A DNA stretch of 64,000 bases, taken from NCBI GenBank assembly GCA_035292445.1, contig DATDQB010000024.1, positions 267-64,266 on the forward strand, read 5' to 3'. Source of the DNA: Candidatus Omnitrophota bacterium. GTDB lineage: Bacteria > Omnitrophota > Gorgyraeia > Zapsychrales > Zapsychraceae. This document shows positions 10,581 to 22,988 of the stretch, one piece after another. Position 1 is the first letter of the stretch; the number at the start of each line of letters is the position of its first letter. Position numbers and translations under genes: made by a program. The notes under the pieces were generated by a model. It made no database searches, had not been told where the DNA came from, and worked only from the letters and a program-made list of their open reading frames with translations.

Positions 10581-12143
10581 ATGGAAAATTTGCGTGAGTT
10601 GAAATACACCGAGATCGGCCAGGTCAAAAGCATCCGCGGTTGTATTATTGTCGTGACGGGTTTTAAATCCTGCATCAATGGCCAGTTGGTGCATTTTGGC
10701 TTCGGGACCATGGGCATGATCGTGGGTTTCACTCAAGAAGAAGCCCAGGTGCTTATTTTGAAGGAATCGACGCCAATCAAGACCGGTGATGAGGTGCGCG
10801 CCTCGATGGAGCCGTTTCTGGTCCCTGTGGGGAAAAATTTTATCGGCCGTGTGGTCAACGCCTTGTGTGAGCCGTTTGACAGCTTGGGGCCCATCCAACC
10901 GGAGGCGTTTAATCCGATCTGGCCGAAAGCCCCGGGCATTCTGGACCGCCAGGTCTTAAAGGAGCCGCTGGAAACGGGGACCAAGGTCCTTGATGCCATG
11001 ATCCCTATCGGGTTGGGCCAGCGCCAATTGATATTGGGAAACAAATCGACCGGAAAAACAACGTTTATTACGGATACCATCTTAAACCAAAAACATACAG
11101 GTGTGGTTTGTATCTATTGCGCCATCGGGAAGGCCCGTTCGCAGCTCTTGCGGGCTGTCCATCTTTTTAACAAATACAACGCCTTTGACTACACGATCGT
11201 GGTGGCTGCCCCTTCATCTTCGCCGCCGGGGCAGCAGTACCTGGCGCCGTATGTGGCCTGTTCATTGGGAGAATATTTCCGCGATCGCGGCGGAAGCGTC
11301 TTTATCGGATTTGACGATTACACCAAGCATGCCTGGTGTTACCGTGAGATATCACTTTTGTTGGGGCGGGCCCCGGGGCGCGATTCTTATCCGGGCGATA
11401 TTTTTTACCTGCATTCAAAGATGATCGAGCGGGCGTGCCGCTTAAGCGATAAAAACGGCGGCGGTTCCATGACGTTTCTGCCGATCGTTGAGATATTGGA
11501 AGGCGATCTGACAGGCTACATCCCGACCAATTTGATCTCCATGACCGACGGCCAGGTTTATTTGGATGCGTCGTTATTCGGCGAAGGGCAAAAACCGGCT
11601 TTGGACCTAGGTTTGTCGGTTTCCCGCACGGGGACCAAGGTCCAGTGGTCGATCGTCAAGGATTTAAGCGCGCCCCTTCGTTTGGAATACCTGCAGTATC
11701 GGGAATTGGTCCGTATCTCCCGTTTGCGCGCGGGCAAACAGCCGGAGGAAGTGGCGGCTAAATTGAAAAGCGGGGAGATTTTAACATATTTACTTCGACA
11801 AGATAAAAATTCACCGGTCCGCATGGAGCATTTAATTCTCATCCTTTGGGGATTTCACAAGAAACATTTGCATAAATTGACCATTGAGGAGGTCAAGACA
11901 TTCGAGAAGGACATTTTCCCCTTTGCCCAGGAAAGAAATCCCGAGTTGATCAAGATTATCCGGCAACGCAAGAAGCTCGATGATGAGATCGAGAAGGGGC
12001 TGGAAGAAGTGCTACAGGCCTATATCAAGAAAGTAAAGCCCAAGGCCAAATTTAAGAAGGAAGATGGGGAGGAAGACGCGATTGTTGGTAAGATAGGCAA
12101 GAAAGTCCTGGAAGAAACATCCGGAAGGATGGGGAAAGCGTAA
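10581..12143 (+). CDS. atpA: Divergent F1 ATPase alpha-like subunit
   Basis: ETGTKVLDAMIPIGLGQRQLILG, P-loop GNKSTGKT, PGRDSYPGDIFYLHS, YIPTNLISMTDGQ, LSVSRTG (Arg finger). Confidence 0.93.
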   Translation: MENLRELKYTEIGQVKSIRGCIIVVTGFKSCINGQLVHFGFGTMGMIVGFTQEEAQVLILKESTPIKTGDEVRASMEPFLVPVGKNFIGRVVNALCEPFDSLGPIQPEAFNPIWPKAPGILDRQVLKEPLETGTKVLDAMIPIGLGQRQLILGNKSTGKTTFITDTILNQKHTGVVCIYCAIGKARSQLLRAVHLFNKYNAFDYTIVVAAPSSSPPGQQYLAPYVACSLGEYFRDRGGSVFIGFDDYTKHAWCYREISLLLGRAPGRDSYPGDIFYLHSKMIERACRLSDKNGGGSMTFLPIVEILEGDLTGYIPTNLISMTDGQVYLDASLFGEGQKPALDLGLSVSRTGTKVQWSIVKDLSAPLRLEYLQYRELVRISRLRAGKQPEEVAAKLKSGEILTYLLRQDKNSPVRMEHLILILWGFHKKHLHKLTIEEVKTFEKDIFPFAQERNPELIKIIRQRKKLDDEIEKGLEEVLQAYIKKVKPKAKFKKEDGEEDAIVGKIGKKVLEETSGRMGKA

Positions 12144-12146
12144 GCC

Positions 12147-12428
12147 ATGATCAATTTTAAGGGGACATTTAAGTGCGTGATCTTAAGCCCGCATACCTTG
12201 ATCTATCAAAACGATGTTCAAAGCGTGTTTTTAAGGGGCAATGCGGGAGAGTATGAAATATTGGCGTACCATTACCCTTTACTGGGGGTATTAAGGAAAG
12301 GCGATATCATTATCAATTGGAACGAGCGGGTTAAGATTAATGGCGGGGTCGTCAAATTTTTTGCGAACGAATGTATCATTATGGTGGAGGAGGAAATTCG
12401 CCCGTATAACGAGGCTGAATTCAAATAA
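12147..12428 (+). CDS. atpC: F1 epsilon-like subunit, N-terminal beta-sandwich only
   Basis: ILSP...GEYEILAYHYPL...INGGVV resembles the epsilon VTP...GExGILPxHAP...VSGGF pattern; 93 aa, no C-terminal helical hairpin. Confidence 0.8.
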   Translation: MINFKGTFKCVILSPHTLIYQNDVQSVFLRGNAGEYEILAYHYPLLGVLRKGDIIINWNERVKINGGVVKFFANECIIMVEEEIRPYNEAEFK

Positions 12429-12431
12429 CGA

Positions 12432-12650
12432 ATGGTAGCTGAAACTTTCATTATTATTGCGATCATGTTCGTAGCCGTTATGGGGCCGTCGCTGGTGATC
12501 GCCCTTGTCGGCCAGTCGGTCATTAAGGCCCTGGCCAGAAATCCGTCTGCGGCCTCCAAGATATTTATGGGAATGATTGTTCTATTGCTTTTTGTCGAGG
12601 CGATTGCCATTGTTGCGTTGTTGGTGATTTTTCAGCTGTTCTCGAATTAA
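12432..12650 (+). CDS. atpE: Fo c-like subunit
   Basis: 72 aa hydrophobic hairpin, loop ALARNP, conserved Glu in LFVEAIAI. Confidence 0.88.
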   Translation: MVAETFIIIAIMFVAVMGPSLVIALVGQSVIKALARNPSAASKIFMGMIVLLLFVEAIAIVALLVIFQLFSN

Positions 12651-12659
12651 AGGGACAAA

Positions 12660-12893
12660 ATGGAACCGTTTAATTTAGTAAGCGAGGCCGTCATCTTTAT
12701 CGCCGTGTTTTCGATCGTTGTCATGCTACCGTGCTATTTCGTGGTCATGATCGGGCGAGATATGATCGATCAGATCGGGCAGTTCCCGACGATGGCGGCA
12801 AGGATCCAATTGAAGGCGCTGTTTAAACTGGTGGCGGTCGAACTGGTGTCGTTTTTTCTTTTGATCGCCTTTTACCGCGTATTTGCCCATTAA
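12660..12893 (+). CDS. Second, degenerate c-like hairpin membrane protein
   Basis: 77 aa, two hydrophobic helices; loop IGQFP aligns with LARNP and Glu in VAVELV is at the same distance from the loop Pro. Confidence 0.65.
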   Translation: MEPFNLVSEAVIFIAVFSIVVMLPCYFVVMIGRDMIDQIGQFPTMAARIQLKALFKLVAVELVSFFLLIAFYRVFAH

Positions 12894-12914
12894 AAATAAA
12901 AAGGAGTTGATCCT

Positions 12915-13667
12915 ATGCAATATGAAAGCTTAATCATCGGATTCGTCGTTGTTCAGATATTTATCGTGGGGGTGATCGTTGTCTGGCTGCGGATGGCCTT
13001 GATTTCCAGCACGGAGGGGGCGGTCAACCGGCTCAATGAGGAGATCGCCAAGGCAAATGCCCGGCAGTCGGATTTAAGCAAGAAACTGCGGGAAGCTGAT
13101 GAGGAGCTGAACCGAAGGCGCGCCGAGGCCAAATCACTGACCGACAAGATGCGTGCGGACGCCCAGGAACAATCCAAAGAAGAGCGGGAGAAGATAATTT
13201 CCGAAGCGAGGAAAGAAAGCGAAGACATCCTCAACAAGGCCCAGAACGCGAAGGTCAAGATCCGCCAAGATTTGGAAAAAGAGGTCGATGTCAAGGTCAT
13301 CCAGGTCGGGATGAAGATCGTTAACGGCGTTTTGAGCGACAAGGCCAAAGGGATCTTGCATAACATTTTGGTCGATGAATTTATCGATAAATTAAAAGAA
13401 ACCCGGATGGACCGCATTAATCAGGATATCGGTGCCATTGATGTCGTCACGGTCGAGCCGTTGGATGACACCCGCAAGAACCGGATCAACGAGATCGTAA
13501 AGGAAAAGATGGGGCGGGAAGTCAAATTCAATTATTCAACGGACACCGCCATCGGCGGGGGGGTTGTCATGAAATTCGGCAGCATGGCCTTGGATGGGAG
13601 CGTTAAGAACTTGATTCGCCAAAGCGCCACCAATTTGCAGGAAGAGATCGAATCCAGGTATACGTAA
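12915..13667 (+). CDS. Fo b subunit fused to a delta/OSCP C-terminal domain
   Basis: N-terminal TM, long charged coiled coil, C-terminal DTAIGGGVVMKFGSMALDGSV (delta signature DxxLIGGxxIxxGDxVIDGSV). Confidence 0.82.
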   Translation: MQYESLIIGFVVVQIFIVGVIVVWLRMALISSTEGAVNRLNEEIAKANARQSDLSKKLREADEELNRRRAEAKSLTDKMRADAQEQSKEEREKIISEARKESEDILNKAQNAKVKIRQDLEKEVDVKVIQVGMKIVNGVLSDKAKGILHNILVDEFIDKLKETRMDRINQDIGAIDVVTVEPLDDTRKNRINEIVKEKMGREVKFNYSTDTAIGGGVVMKFGSMALDGSVKNLIRQSATNLQEEIESRYT

Positions 13668-13671
13668 ACTT

Positions 13672-16055
<2,384 letters not shown>

Positions 16056-16057
16056 CG

Positions 16058-18280
16058 ATGAAACAGCTTAATAAAATAATAGAAGAAGCCCTCATCAAGA
16101 ACAATGTCCTCGCCAAAGGCAGTTTAAAAACCTACCAAGAGCAGGCCCAAAAAAAAGGCGAATCCTTAAGGGATTTTCTCATCGACCAGAACATCGTGAC
16201 GGAGCAGCAGATCCTGGTGAGCCTTTGCCAGCAGCTTAATTTGGAGCGCGTGAGCTTTCAAACCCTTGCCATTGATTCAGCCGCCATCGAAAAAGTCCCG
16301 GTTAAGTTCGTTTGGTATTATAAGATCATGCCGATCCGCCTGGAAGGCGACACGTTGACCGTTGCCAGCGCAATTCCCTTAGACGTTAAAACGCAGGATG
16401 AACTGCGGGTGCATTTGGGATCGGGAATAAAGGTCGTGCTCGCCTCCGAACGGGAATTGACAGAGGCCTTAAAAAAATATTACGGGTTTGCATCCGATAC
16501 CATCGACCGGATCATGACGAAAGAAGGCACGTCTACGGCTGGAATGATGTCATCAATGGAGGCGATCGAAGATATCGAGCAAAAATCCGAAGACCCGACG
16601 GTCTCAAACCTGGTCAATGAGATCATCATGGAAGCGTACCGAAAGAGGGCGACCGACATCCATATTGAGCCGTACCGCGATAAGGTGCGCTTTCGTTATC
16701 GTATTGACGGCGTTCTGGTGGACGCGTATTTGCCGGATAAAGTCAAACATTTCTTGCCAGCGATCCTTTCCCGTATCAAGATCATGGCGAATTTAAGCAT
16801 CACCGAAAGGCGTCTGCCGCAGGACGGCAGCGCGGTCGTCAAGACCAGGGAACAGCCGCTTGACTTGCGCATTTCAACGATGCCCACGCCCCGCGGGGAG
16901 AGTTTGGTCGTGCGCATCCTGCCTTCCAAGGTCATGCTCTTTAGCCTGGAAAAACTCGGGTTTAACGAAGAAGGCGTCAAAAGTTTCAGGGAGCTTATTA
17001 AGAGACCGCACGGCATTATTTTCCTGACCGGACCGACGGGAAGCGGGAAAACGACGACTCTTTACGCCTGCCTGAATGAGATCAGCACGCCGGGTAAGAA
17101 GATCATCACCATCGAAGACCCGGTGGAGTATGAGATGGAAGGCATTACCCAGGTCCAGGTGAACCCGAAAGTACAATTCAGCTTTGCGACCGGGCTGCGC
17201 AGCATTCTTAGGCATGATCCGGATATCATCATGGTCGGGGAGGTCCGTGACCCGGAAACCGCGGAGATCGCGATCAAGACGGCCTTGACCGGGCATCTTG
17301 TTTTCTCGACGCTACACACCAATGACGCCTCTAGCGGCGTCACCCGCCTGATCGATATGGGCATTGAACCGTATCTGGTCGCCTCAAGCGTTGAGGCCTT
17401 TGTCGCCCAGCGGCTGGTGCGGGTGATCTGCCCGCGCTGTAAAGAAGAAGACGCTCATCCTTTGGCGGGCATTGTCGATGAGATCAGGCATTCGCTTAAA
17501 TTCGATGCCAACAGGCCGGTAAGGATATATAAGGGGAAAGGCTGCGAATATTGCAATGGCACCGGCTATTACGGCCGTGTGGCCATTTATGAAAATTTGA
17601 TGCTCAATGACCGCATCCGCGCGGCGATTCTGGAAAAACCGCGTTCCGATTATATAAAAAAGATCGCTATCGAAGAAGGCATGCAGACCTTGCGTCAAAA
17701 CGGCTGGCAAGCGGTCCTGCAGGGCATCACCACTTATGAAGAAGTGATGAATGTCACGACGAAAGATGACGCTTTGGGTGCGGGCAATCTGACGGATAAG
17801 TTAAAAAAGGATGATGCGGAACAAACGCAGGCGTCGCTGCGGCAGGTTAAAATAAAGAAACAGGGAAACTGGTCGGAAAAAAATGATTATGACGGGCGGA
17901 TGTACGAGCGCAGCTATGACCCCATTTCCGTCCGTTACCGGCTGGTGAAAAAAGATGAGCAAAACCACGACACGCTGGTGACCGACGGCATCGAACACTC
18001 GACCGTGACCGAAGATATCAGCGCCGGAGGCTTGCGCTTCACCTGCAAGCAGCTGATCGGCGTGGGCTCGATTTTGGAATTGAACATTCAGGCCGGGGAG
18101 GCAGGGAAAAGCATCGATTGTTTTTCCAAAGTTTGCCGCGTGGAGCAGGATAATTTCGATAATGCCTACACGATCGTGGCGTATTACCTTGATATTTCAA
18201 GCGCGGACCGTGTATTGATCGACCGGCTCGTCAAGAAAAAAGCCAATAAGGGCATCGAAGTCAAAGAAAACGTGTCTTAG
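16058..18280 (+). CDS. gspE: GspE/PilB-family secretion ATPase with C-terminal PilZ domain
   Basis: ATDIHIEP, ERRLPQDG, GPTGSGKTTTLY, LRHDPDIIMVGEVRD, TGHLVFSTLH, CxxC..CxxC; C-terminal RMYER...DISAGG. Confidence 0.93.
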   Translation: MKQLNKIIEEALIKNNVLAKGSLKTYQEQAQKKGESLRDFLIDQNIVTEQQILVSLCQQLNLERVSFQTLAIDSAAIEKVPVKFVWYYKIMPIRLEGDTLTVASAIPLDVKTQDELRVHLGSGIKVVLASERELTEALKKYYGFASDTIDRIMTKEGTSTAGMMSSMEAIEDIEQKSEDPTVSNLVNEIIMEAYRKRATDIHIEPYRDKVRFRYRIDGVLVDAYLPDKVKHFLPAILSRIKIMANLSITERRLPQDGSAVVKTREQPLDLRISTMPTPRGESLVVRILPSKVMLFSLEKLGFNEEGVKSFRELIKRPHGIIFLTGPTGSGKTTTLYACLNEISTPGKKIITIEDPVEYEMEGITQVQVNPKVQFSFATGLRSILRHDPDIIMVGEVRDPETAEIAIKTALTGHLVFSTLHTNDASSGVTRLIDMGIEPYLVASSVEAFVAQRLVRVICPRCKEEDAHPLAGIVDEIRHSLKFDANRPVRIYKGKGCEYCNGTGYYGRVAIYENLMLNDRIRAAILEKPRSDYIKKIAIEEGMQTLRQNGWQAVLQGITTYEEVMNVTTKDDALGAGNLTDKLKKDDAEQTQASLRQVKIKKQGNWSEKNDYDGRMYERSYDPISVRYRLVKKDEQNHDTLVTDGIEHSTVTEDISAGGLRFTCKQLIGVGSILELNIQAGEAGKSIDCFSKVCRVEQDNFDNAYTIVAYYLDISSADRVLIDRLVKKKANKGIEVKENVS

Positions 18281-18327
18281 GGTAAGCTCGGTTTCCCCTC
18301 ATTTTTCTTTCCTTACCAATCATTGAC

Positions 18328-19539
18328 ATGGCCACCTATATTTACAGAGCCAAAAAAAGTACCGCCGAAACTGTCACGGGCACGGTCAAGGCCCAAAGCC
18401 AGGATGAGGCCATCGACCTCATTAACCAGCTGGGGCTGTTGCCGATTTCTGTGAAGCCGCAGGAGGAGAGGGAGGAGAGCGGCGCCATTTCCCGGACGAG
18501 GACCGTCTCTTCCAAAGAACGCTACATATTCACCAAACAATTGGCCAATCTGTTAAAATCCGGCGTGACGATCCTGCGGGCCTTGGCGATCATCGGTGAA
18601 CAGACCCATAATCGTTTTCTAAGAAGGGTCATCGAGCATATCGGTCATCAGATCAAAAACGGCAAGTCGCTTTCGCAGGCGCTTTCGGTGTATCCCAATT
18701 TATTTTCCTCTTTGTATGTGACTATGGTCGCGGCCGGCGAGGAAAGCGGCAATTTGCAGTCGATGCTGGTATCGGTCGCCGAGTACCAGTTCCGCGAAGA
18801 GGAGATCCGCTCCAAGGTGCGCATGGCCGTCGCTTATCCTATTTTGATGCTCATTGTCGGGGGCGCGACGATCTATTTTATGCTGTCTTTTGTGCTGCCA
18901 AAGATGTCGGGGTTATTTGCCAACATGGGAGAGCAGCTTCCTTTGCCGACACAGATCTTATTGGGCGTCAGCAAGGCGATCAACCAATGGGGCTTATTCG
19001 GCATCCTGGCGGCGGTGGTCGGCGTATTTGTCGTTTTGCAATGGGCCAAATCGGCGTATGGGAAACGCGTCTTAAGCCAATTTATTTTAGGGATACCTCT
19101 CATCGGCGACATCTTGCTCAAGACGGAGCTGGCGCGGTTTTGCCGGACGCTGGTCCTTTTGAACCAGGGGGGGATCTCATTGGTGCATTCCCTTCATATC
19201 GCGATCCCTATTTTAGAGAATGAAGTGGTCAAGAACCATTTGATCCGATGCAAAGAGGCATTGCTGGCCGGCGGCTCTTTCGGGGAAACCCTTAAAAAAT
19301 CCAGCCAGATCCCCACGATGATGGGTTATATGATCTCGGTGGGGGAAGAGTCCGGGAGCCTTGATGAGGTCCTTATTGAGCTGGCCGTTTCTTTTGAGGG
19401 GGAAACGAACGAACGCATCAAGGTCATGACGACCCTATTGGAGCCGGTCTTGATATTGGCCATCGGCGTTATCGTCGGTTTCATTGTTTTTGCCATGTTG
19501 CTGCCTATCTTTCAGTTGGATATCATGTCTCAAGGATGA
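18328..19539 (+). CDS. gspF: GspF/PilC inner membrane platform protein
   Basis: FTKQLANLLKSGV, AGEESGNL, AVAYP, VGEESGSLD, LLEPVLIL, MLLPIF. Confidence 0.95.
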   Translation: MATYIYRAKKSTAETVTGTVKAQSQDEAIDLINQLGLLPISVKPQEEREESGAISRTRTVSSKERYIFTKQLANLLKSGVTILRALAIIGEQTHNRFLRRVIEHIGHQIKNGKSLSQALSVYPNLFSSLYVTMVAAGEESGNLQSMLVSVAEYQFREEEIRSKVRMAVAYPILMLIVGGATIYFMLSFVLPKMSGLFANMGEQLPLPTQILLGVSKAINQWGLFGILAAVVGVFVVLQWAKSAYGKRVLSQFILGIPLIGDILLKTELARFCRTLVLLNQGGISLVHSLHIAIPILENEVVKNHLIRCKEALLAGGSFGETLKKSSQIPTMMGYMISVGEESGSLDEVLIELAVSFEGETNERIKVMTTLLEPVLILAIGVIVGFIVFAMLLPIFQLDIMSQG

Positions 19540-20351
19540 TGTTGATCAATTCCCTCATGGTCGCACGGCTCTTTCTCATCGGCGCGTTGGTATTTTTCCC
19601 GGATGTTTCCTGGGCCGTTTCCTGGCAGGAAGAAAAGGGAAAGCACTTTATCATTCGTACGGCCGGGGAAGATGCCGAGGTCTGGGCCAAAGAAGTTTTG
19701 CGTCACGCGGAGGATTATTACAGGACCATTGCCCAAGAGATCGATTATCCGCGTTACGATGATTTCTGGACATGGGACGAGCGCGTTTCTATCACGGTGT
19801 ACCCGGATAAGCAAACGTTCCTTGAGGCAACAGGCCAACCCGAGTGGTCGATGGGAGGGGCGATCCACCGCCCGCGGCATGAACATAAGCGCACCATTGT
19901 TACTTATAAGCAGGAAGAAAATTTTTTAGACGGTTTGTTGCCGCATGAGATCAGTCATTTGATGCTCATTGATTATATTGGCGAGAAATACCCTATTCCG
20001 ATTTGGTTGAACGAGGGGGTTGCCCAGCTGCAGGAGAAAGACAGGCGCCCTAAGGCGGATATATTGATGCGCCAGTTGGTAACGGCCAATCAGGCGATTC
20101 CCTTTGATGAACTTTTTGAGACGGATATCCGCCAGGAAACGGAAACACTGCGCGTGGCCGTTTTTTATTCGCAAAGCGTTTCGATCGTTGATTTTCTGAT
20201 CACAGATTATGGCAGCAAGAAATTCGGCCTGCTGTTGCGGCAGCTGCGCGATGGGAAGGATTTTGAGGAGGCTTTGGGCACAACGTATGCGACCACGGTT
20301 CCTTCTATAGAGGAGCTTGAAAAAAAATGGGTAAGTTATATGAAAAAATAA
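19536..20351 (+). CDS. Exported zinc metallopeptidase-like protein (peptidase MA/gluzincin type)
   Basis: Signal peptide; HEISH followed by PIWLNEGVA, and FYSQS motif. Confidence 0.8.
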   Translation: MMLINSLMVARLFLIGALVFFPDVSWAVSWQEEKGKHFIIRTAGEDAEVWAKEVLRHAEDYYRTIAQEIDYPRYDDFWTWDERVSITVYPDKQTFLEATGQPEWSMGGAIHRPRHEHKRTIVTYKQEENFLDGLLPHEISHLMLIDYIGEKYPIPIWLNEGVAQLQEKDRRPKADILMRQLVTANQAIPFDELFETDIRQETETLRVAVFYSQSVSIVDFLITDYGSKKFGLLLRQLRDGKDFEEALGTTYATTVPSIEELEKKWVSYMKK

Positions 20352-20396
20352 AATTTCGTTGTATGATGGATTTATCTTCAGGCAAGGAGGATTAGT

Positions 20397-20822
20397 ATGT
20401 TTCTTGGGTCGATCATAAAGAAAAAAGGCTTTACGTTGGTTGAAATCATGCTTGTTGTCATCATCATCGCGGCACTTTCAGCCATGGTGGTTCCGCGGCT
20501 GGTGGGGCGTTCCGAACAGGCCAAGGTATCCGTGGCCCGTTCCGACATTGAAGCCCATTTGTCAACGGCCCTTAAGCTGTATGAATTGGATAACGGCAGT
20601 TTCCCGACGACCGCTCAAGGCTTGCAGGCCTTGAAGGTCCAGCCTACGACCGCCCCCGCGCCCAAGAACTGGAACGGCCCGTATGTCGAAAAAGACCCCC
20701 TCGACCCCTGGGGCAATTCTTATGTTTACGCATCTCCCGGGAAGAACCGGCCCGATTACGACCTTTATTCCACGGGCAAGAATCCCGATTCCCCCGATGA
20801 TGACATAAAAAACTGGGAATAA
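20397..20822 (+). CDS. gspG: T2SS major pseudopilin GspG
   Basis: KKG/FTLVEIML, ALKLYELDNGSFPTTAQGLQAL, NWNGPY, DPWGNSYVY, YDLYSTG, DDIKNW. Confidence 0.95.
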   Translation: MFLGSIIKKKGFTLVEIMLVVIIIAALSAMVVPRLVGRSEQAKVSVARSDIEAHLSTALKLYELDNGSFPTTAQGLQALKVQPTTAPAPKNWNGPYVEKDPLDPWGNSYVYASPGKNRPDYDLYSTGKNPDSPDDDIKNWE

Positions 20823-20831
20823 CCTCTTCCC

Positions 20832-21281
20832 ATGATCCGCCCAAACCAACACGATCGAAACGCACCCGCGAAGGGTTTCTTGGCTGCCAACGCGGGATTC
20901 ACTTTTATTGAGATCATGGTGACGCTGGCCGTTTTATCCGGCAGTATCGTCATGATCTACCGGGCCCTTTTTTCTTCGCTGGATCATATGAGCCGCTTGA
21001 ACAGCCGGTTATATGCGGACATTTTGTTGGAAGACCGTATCGCCACGATCGAACGCACCCTGCGGGCCTACAAAGCCCTTCCCTTTGAACTGAATCCGCC
21101 GCAGGCTGTTGACGTGGGTGCCAAAGAGATCCAGTTTACGCCGCAGATGAAAATCAGCGAAGTCAGCGGTTTTATGGATGTTTTTCAAATTGACCTGGCC
21201 TTGCAGTGGCAGGAAGGCCAGCGCCAAATCCAGTTGTCCCGCTCGGCGTATATCTCAGATTTTATTTATGAAAGCCCTTAA
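20832..21281 (+). CDS. Minor pseudopilin (GspI-like)
   Basis: AG/FTFIEIMVTLAVL prepilin motif; position after gspG. Confidence 0.8.
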   Translation: MIRPNQHDRNAPAKGFLAANAGFTFIEIMVTLAVLSGSIVMIYRALFSSLDHMSRLNSRLYADILLEDRIATIERTLRAYKALPFELNPPQAVDVGAKEIQFTPQMKISEVSGFMDVFQIDLALQWQEGQRQIQLSRSAYISDFIYESP

Positions 21282-21879
21282 GAGAGCCTTGATATCTCAA
21301 TCGGCCGGCATGACGTTCATGGAAATCATGCTGGTCGTTTCCCTGATCGGGATGGTGAGCATCGCTTTGTACCAAGCCTTTGCCAACGGCATGAAGGTCT
21401 GGGAAAAAAGCCGTGAGATGGTCGTTGAGGAGGACATCATCATCTTTTTTGATAAATTTGCGCAGGATTTAAGGAATACGTTTGTTTTCTCCACTTTGCC
21501 TTTTGAAGGGGATAGCCAGCGTTTTTCGTTCCCGTCGCTTGTTCGGGCGGCGGATATGAAAAAGTTTTCTGCCGTTAAACAATTTAAAGAACAAATGGGG
21601 CGCGTGGAATATTATTACGACCCTCAAGCGGATAGTTTGAACAGAAAAGTGGCCAACTACAGCCAGGCGCTGAACCGGAGTTTTGAGGAGCCGCAAATGC
21701 TCGTAGCGCCCATCGAGCGGATCCAGTTTCGTTATTATTATCTTACCGATGACGGTGAGCTCTTTAGCGAGCAGGTGCTGGAAGTGATACCCTCGGGCGT
21801 TGAGGTGGTGGTGATTTTCTCCGATCAAAAAGGGACAAGGCAGGTACAACGGTATTTTGCCATTCCGCTTAAGATCTAA
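21268..21879 (+). CDS. Minor pseudopilin (GspJ-like)
   Basis: AG/MTFMEIMLVVSLI; start moved to the in-frame ATG at 21268, which gives a normal short leader. Confidence 0.8.
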   Translation: MKALKRALISQSAGMTFMEIMLVVSLIGMVSIALYQAFANGMKVWEKSREMVVEEDIIIFFDKFAQDLRNTFVFSTLPFEGDSQRFSFPSLVRAADMKKFSAVKQFKEQMGRVEYYYDPQADSLNRKVANYSQALNRSFEEPQMLVAPIERIQFRYYYLTDDGELFSEQVLEVIPSGVEVVVIFSDQKGTRQVQRYFAIPLKI

Positions 21880-21881
21880 AA

Positions 21882-22919
21882 ATGTGCATGAGCATCGTTC
21901 ATAGAAAATGCAGGGGTTCGGTTTTGATCTTCGCGCTTTGGATCGTTATGCTGCTGACGGTTTTTGCGACCGCCATAGGCTTACGGGTGCGCCAGCGGAT
22001 GACGGTCCTATCGAGGATCGAAGACCGAAGCCGCCTGCACTATATTACCGAGGCGGGTGCCAAAAAAACCATCGCCGCCATACGTTTTGACAAGGAGCGC
22101 CATCCGCAACAGATGGACGCTGAGTCCAAGGCCTACCGGCACCATAACCAGGATGTGTTTGAAAAAATAACTCTGCCGGAAGGGAGCGCACGGGTCAGTT
22201 ACGAGCTCCATCCTTTGGAAAAAAAGGAAAAAGACCTGCGCTTTGGGGTTGTGGATGAGGAAAGCAAGATCAATGTGAATACATCGGACCGCGCCAGCCT
22301 TACGCGCCTATTCGATCTGGTCACGCCGTTAGATGAGGAAGAAGCCAAGGGGCTGGTCGAAGCCATCATCAGTTGGCGTGAGATCGGCGAAACCCAACTG
22401 GTCGGGTTCGGCAGTGATGAGTATTATACGAACCTTCCTTATCCTTACCTGAATAAACATGCGCCTTTTGAAATCCTTGACGAACTTTTGCTGGTGAGGG
22501 GGATGAATGAGGAAATTTACGAGCGTATCAAGCCATTTATCACCATCTACGGTGATGGGTTGGTCAACATCAACACGGCCTCTGAAGAGGTCCTCTTCGC
22601 GTTAGGGCTGGAGGATCCGGTCATAGAGAAATTCCTTGCCGCCAGGGGCGGCTTAGACGGGGAGGAAGCGACGATGGATGACCATGTTTTCTTGGCCGCT
22701 TATGATGTCGCCAGCGAAGTGCAGAGCTTGGTTTCTTTGGATAAGGAAGAGGTCATTCAGCTCAGTTTTCTTAACGGTGCCGGAAAGATCAAGACAACCA
22801 GCGATTATTACCTGATCCAAAGCTTCGGCCAGCTGGATGAGGGGAAAGAGAAGCTTCGTATTGACTGTATCTACAACGCCAGGGACAATATTATTGAGTA
22901 TTGGAATGAAAATAATTAA
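21882..22919 (+). CDS. gspK: T2SS pseudopilin GspK
   Basis: RG/SVLIFALWIV, DEESKINVN, ELLLVRGM, VNINTASEEVL. Confidence 0.9.
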   Translation: MCMSIVHRKCRGSVLIFALWIVMLLTVFATAIGLRVRQRMTVLSRIEDRSRLHYITEAGAKKTIAAIRFDKERHPQQMDAESKAYRHHNQDVFEKITLPEGSARVSYELHPLEKKEKDLRFGVVDEESKINVNTSDRASLTRLFDLVTPLDEEEAKGLVEAIISWREIGETQLVGFGSDEYYTNLPYPYLNKHAPFEILDELLLVRGMNEEIYERIKPFITIYGDGLVNINTASEEVLFALGLEDPVIEKFLAARGGLDGEEATMDDHVFLAAYDVASEVQSLVSLDKEEVIQLSFLNGAGKIKTTSDYYLIQSFGQLDEGKEKLRIDCIYNARDNIIEYWNENN

Positions 22920-22988
22920 TATTTCTATTAATAACCTCTAGAATTCATATATAATAAAATAAAAATAATAGTATAAGTAAATACCATT

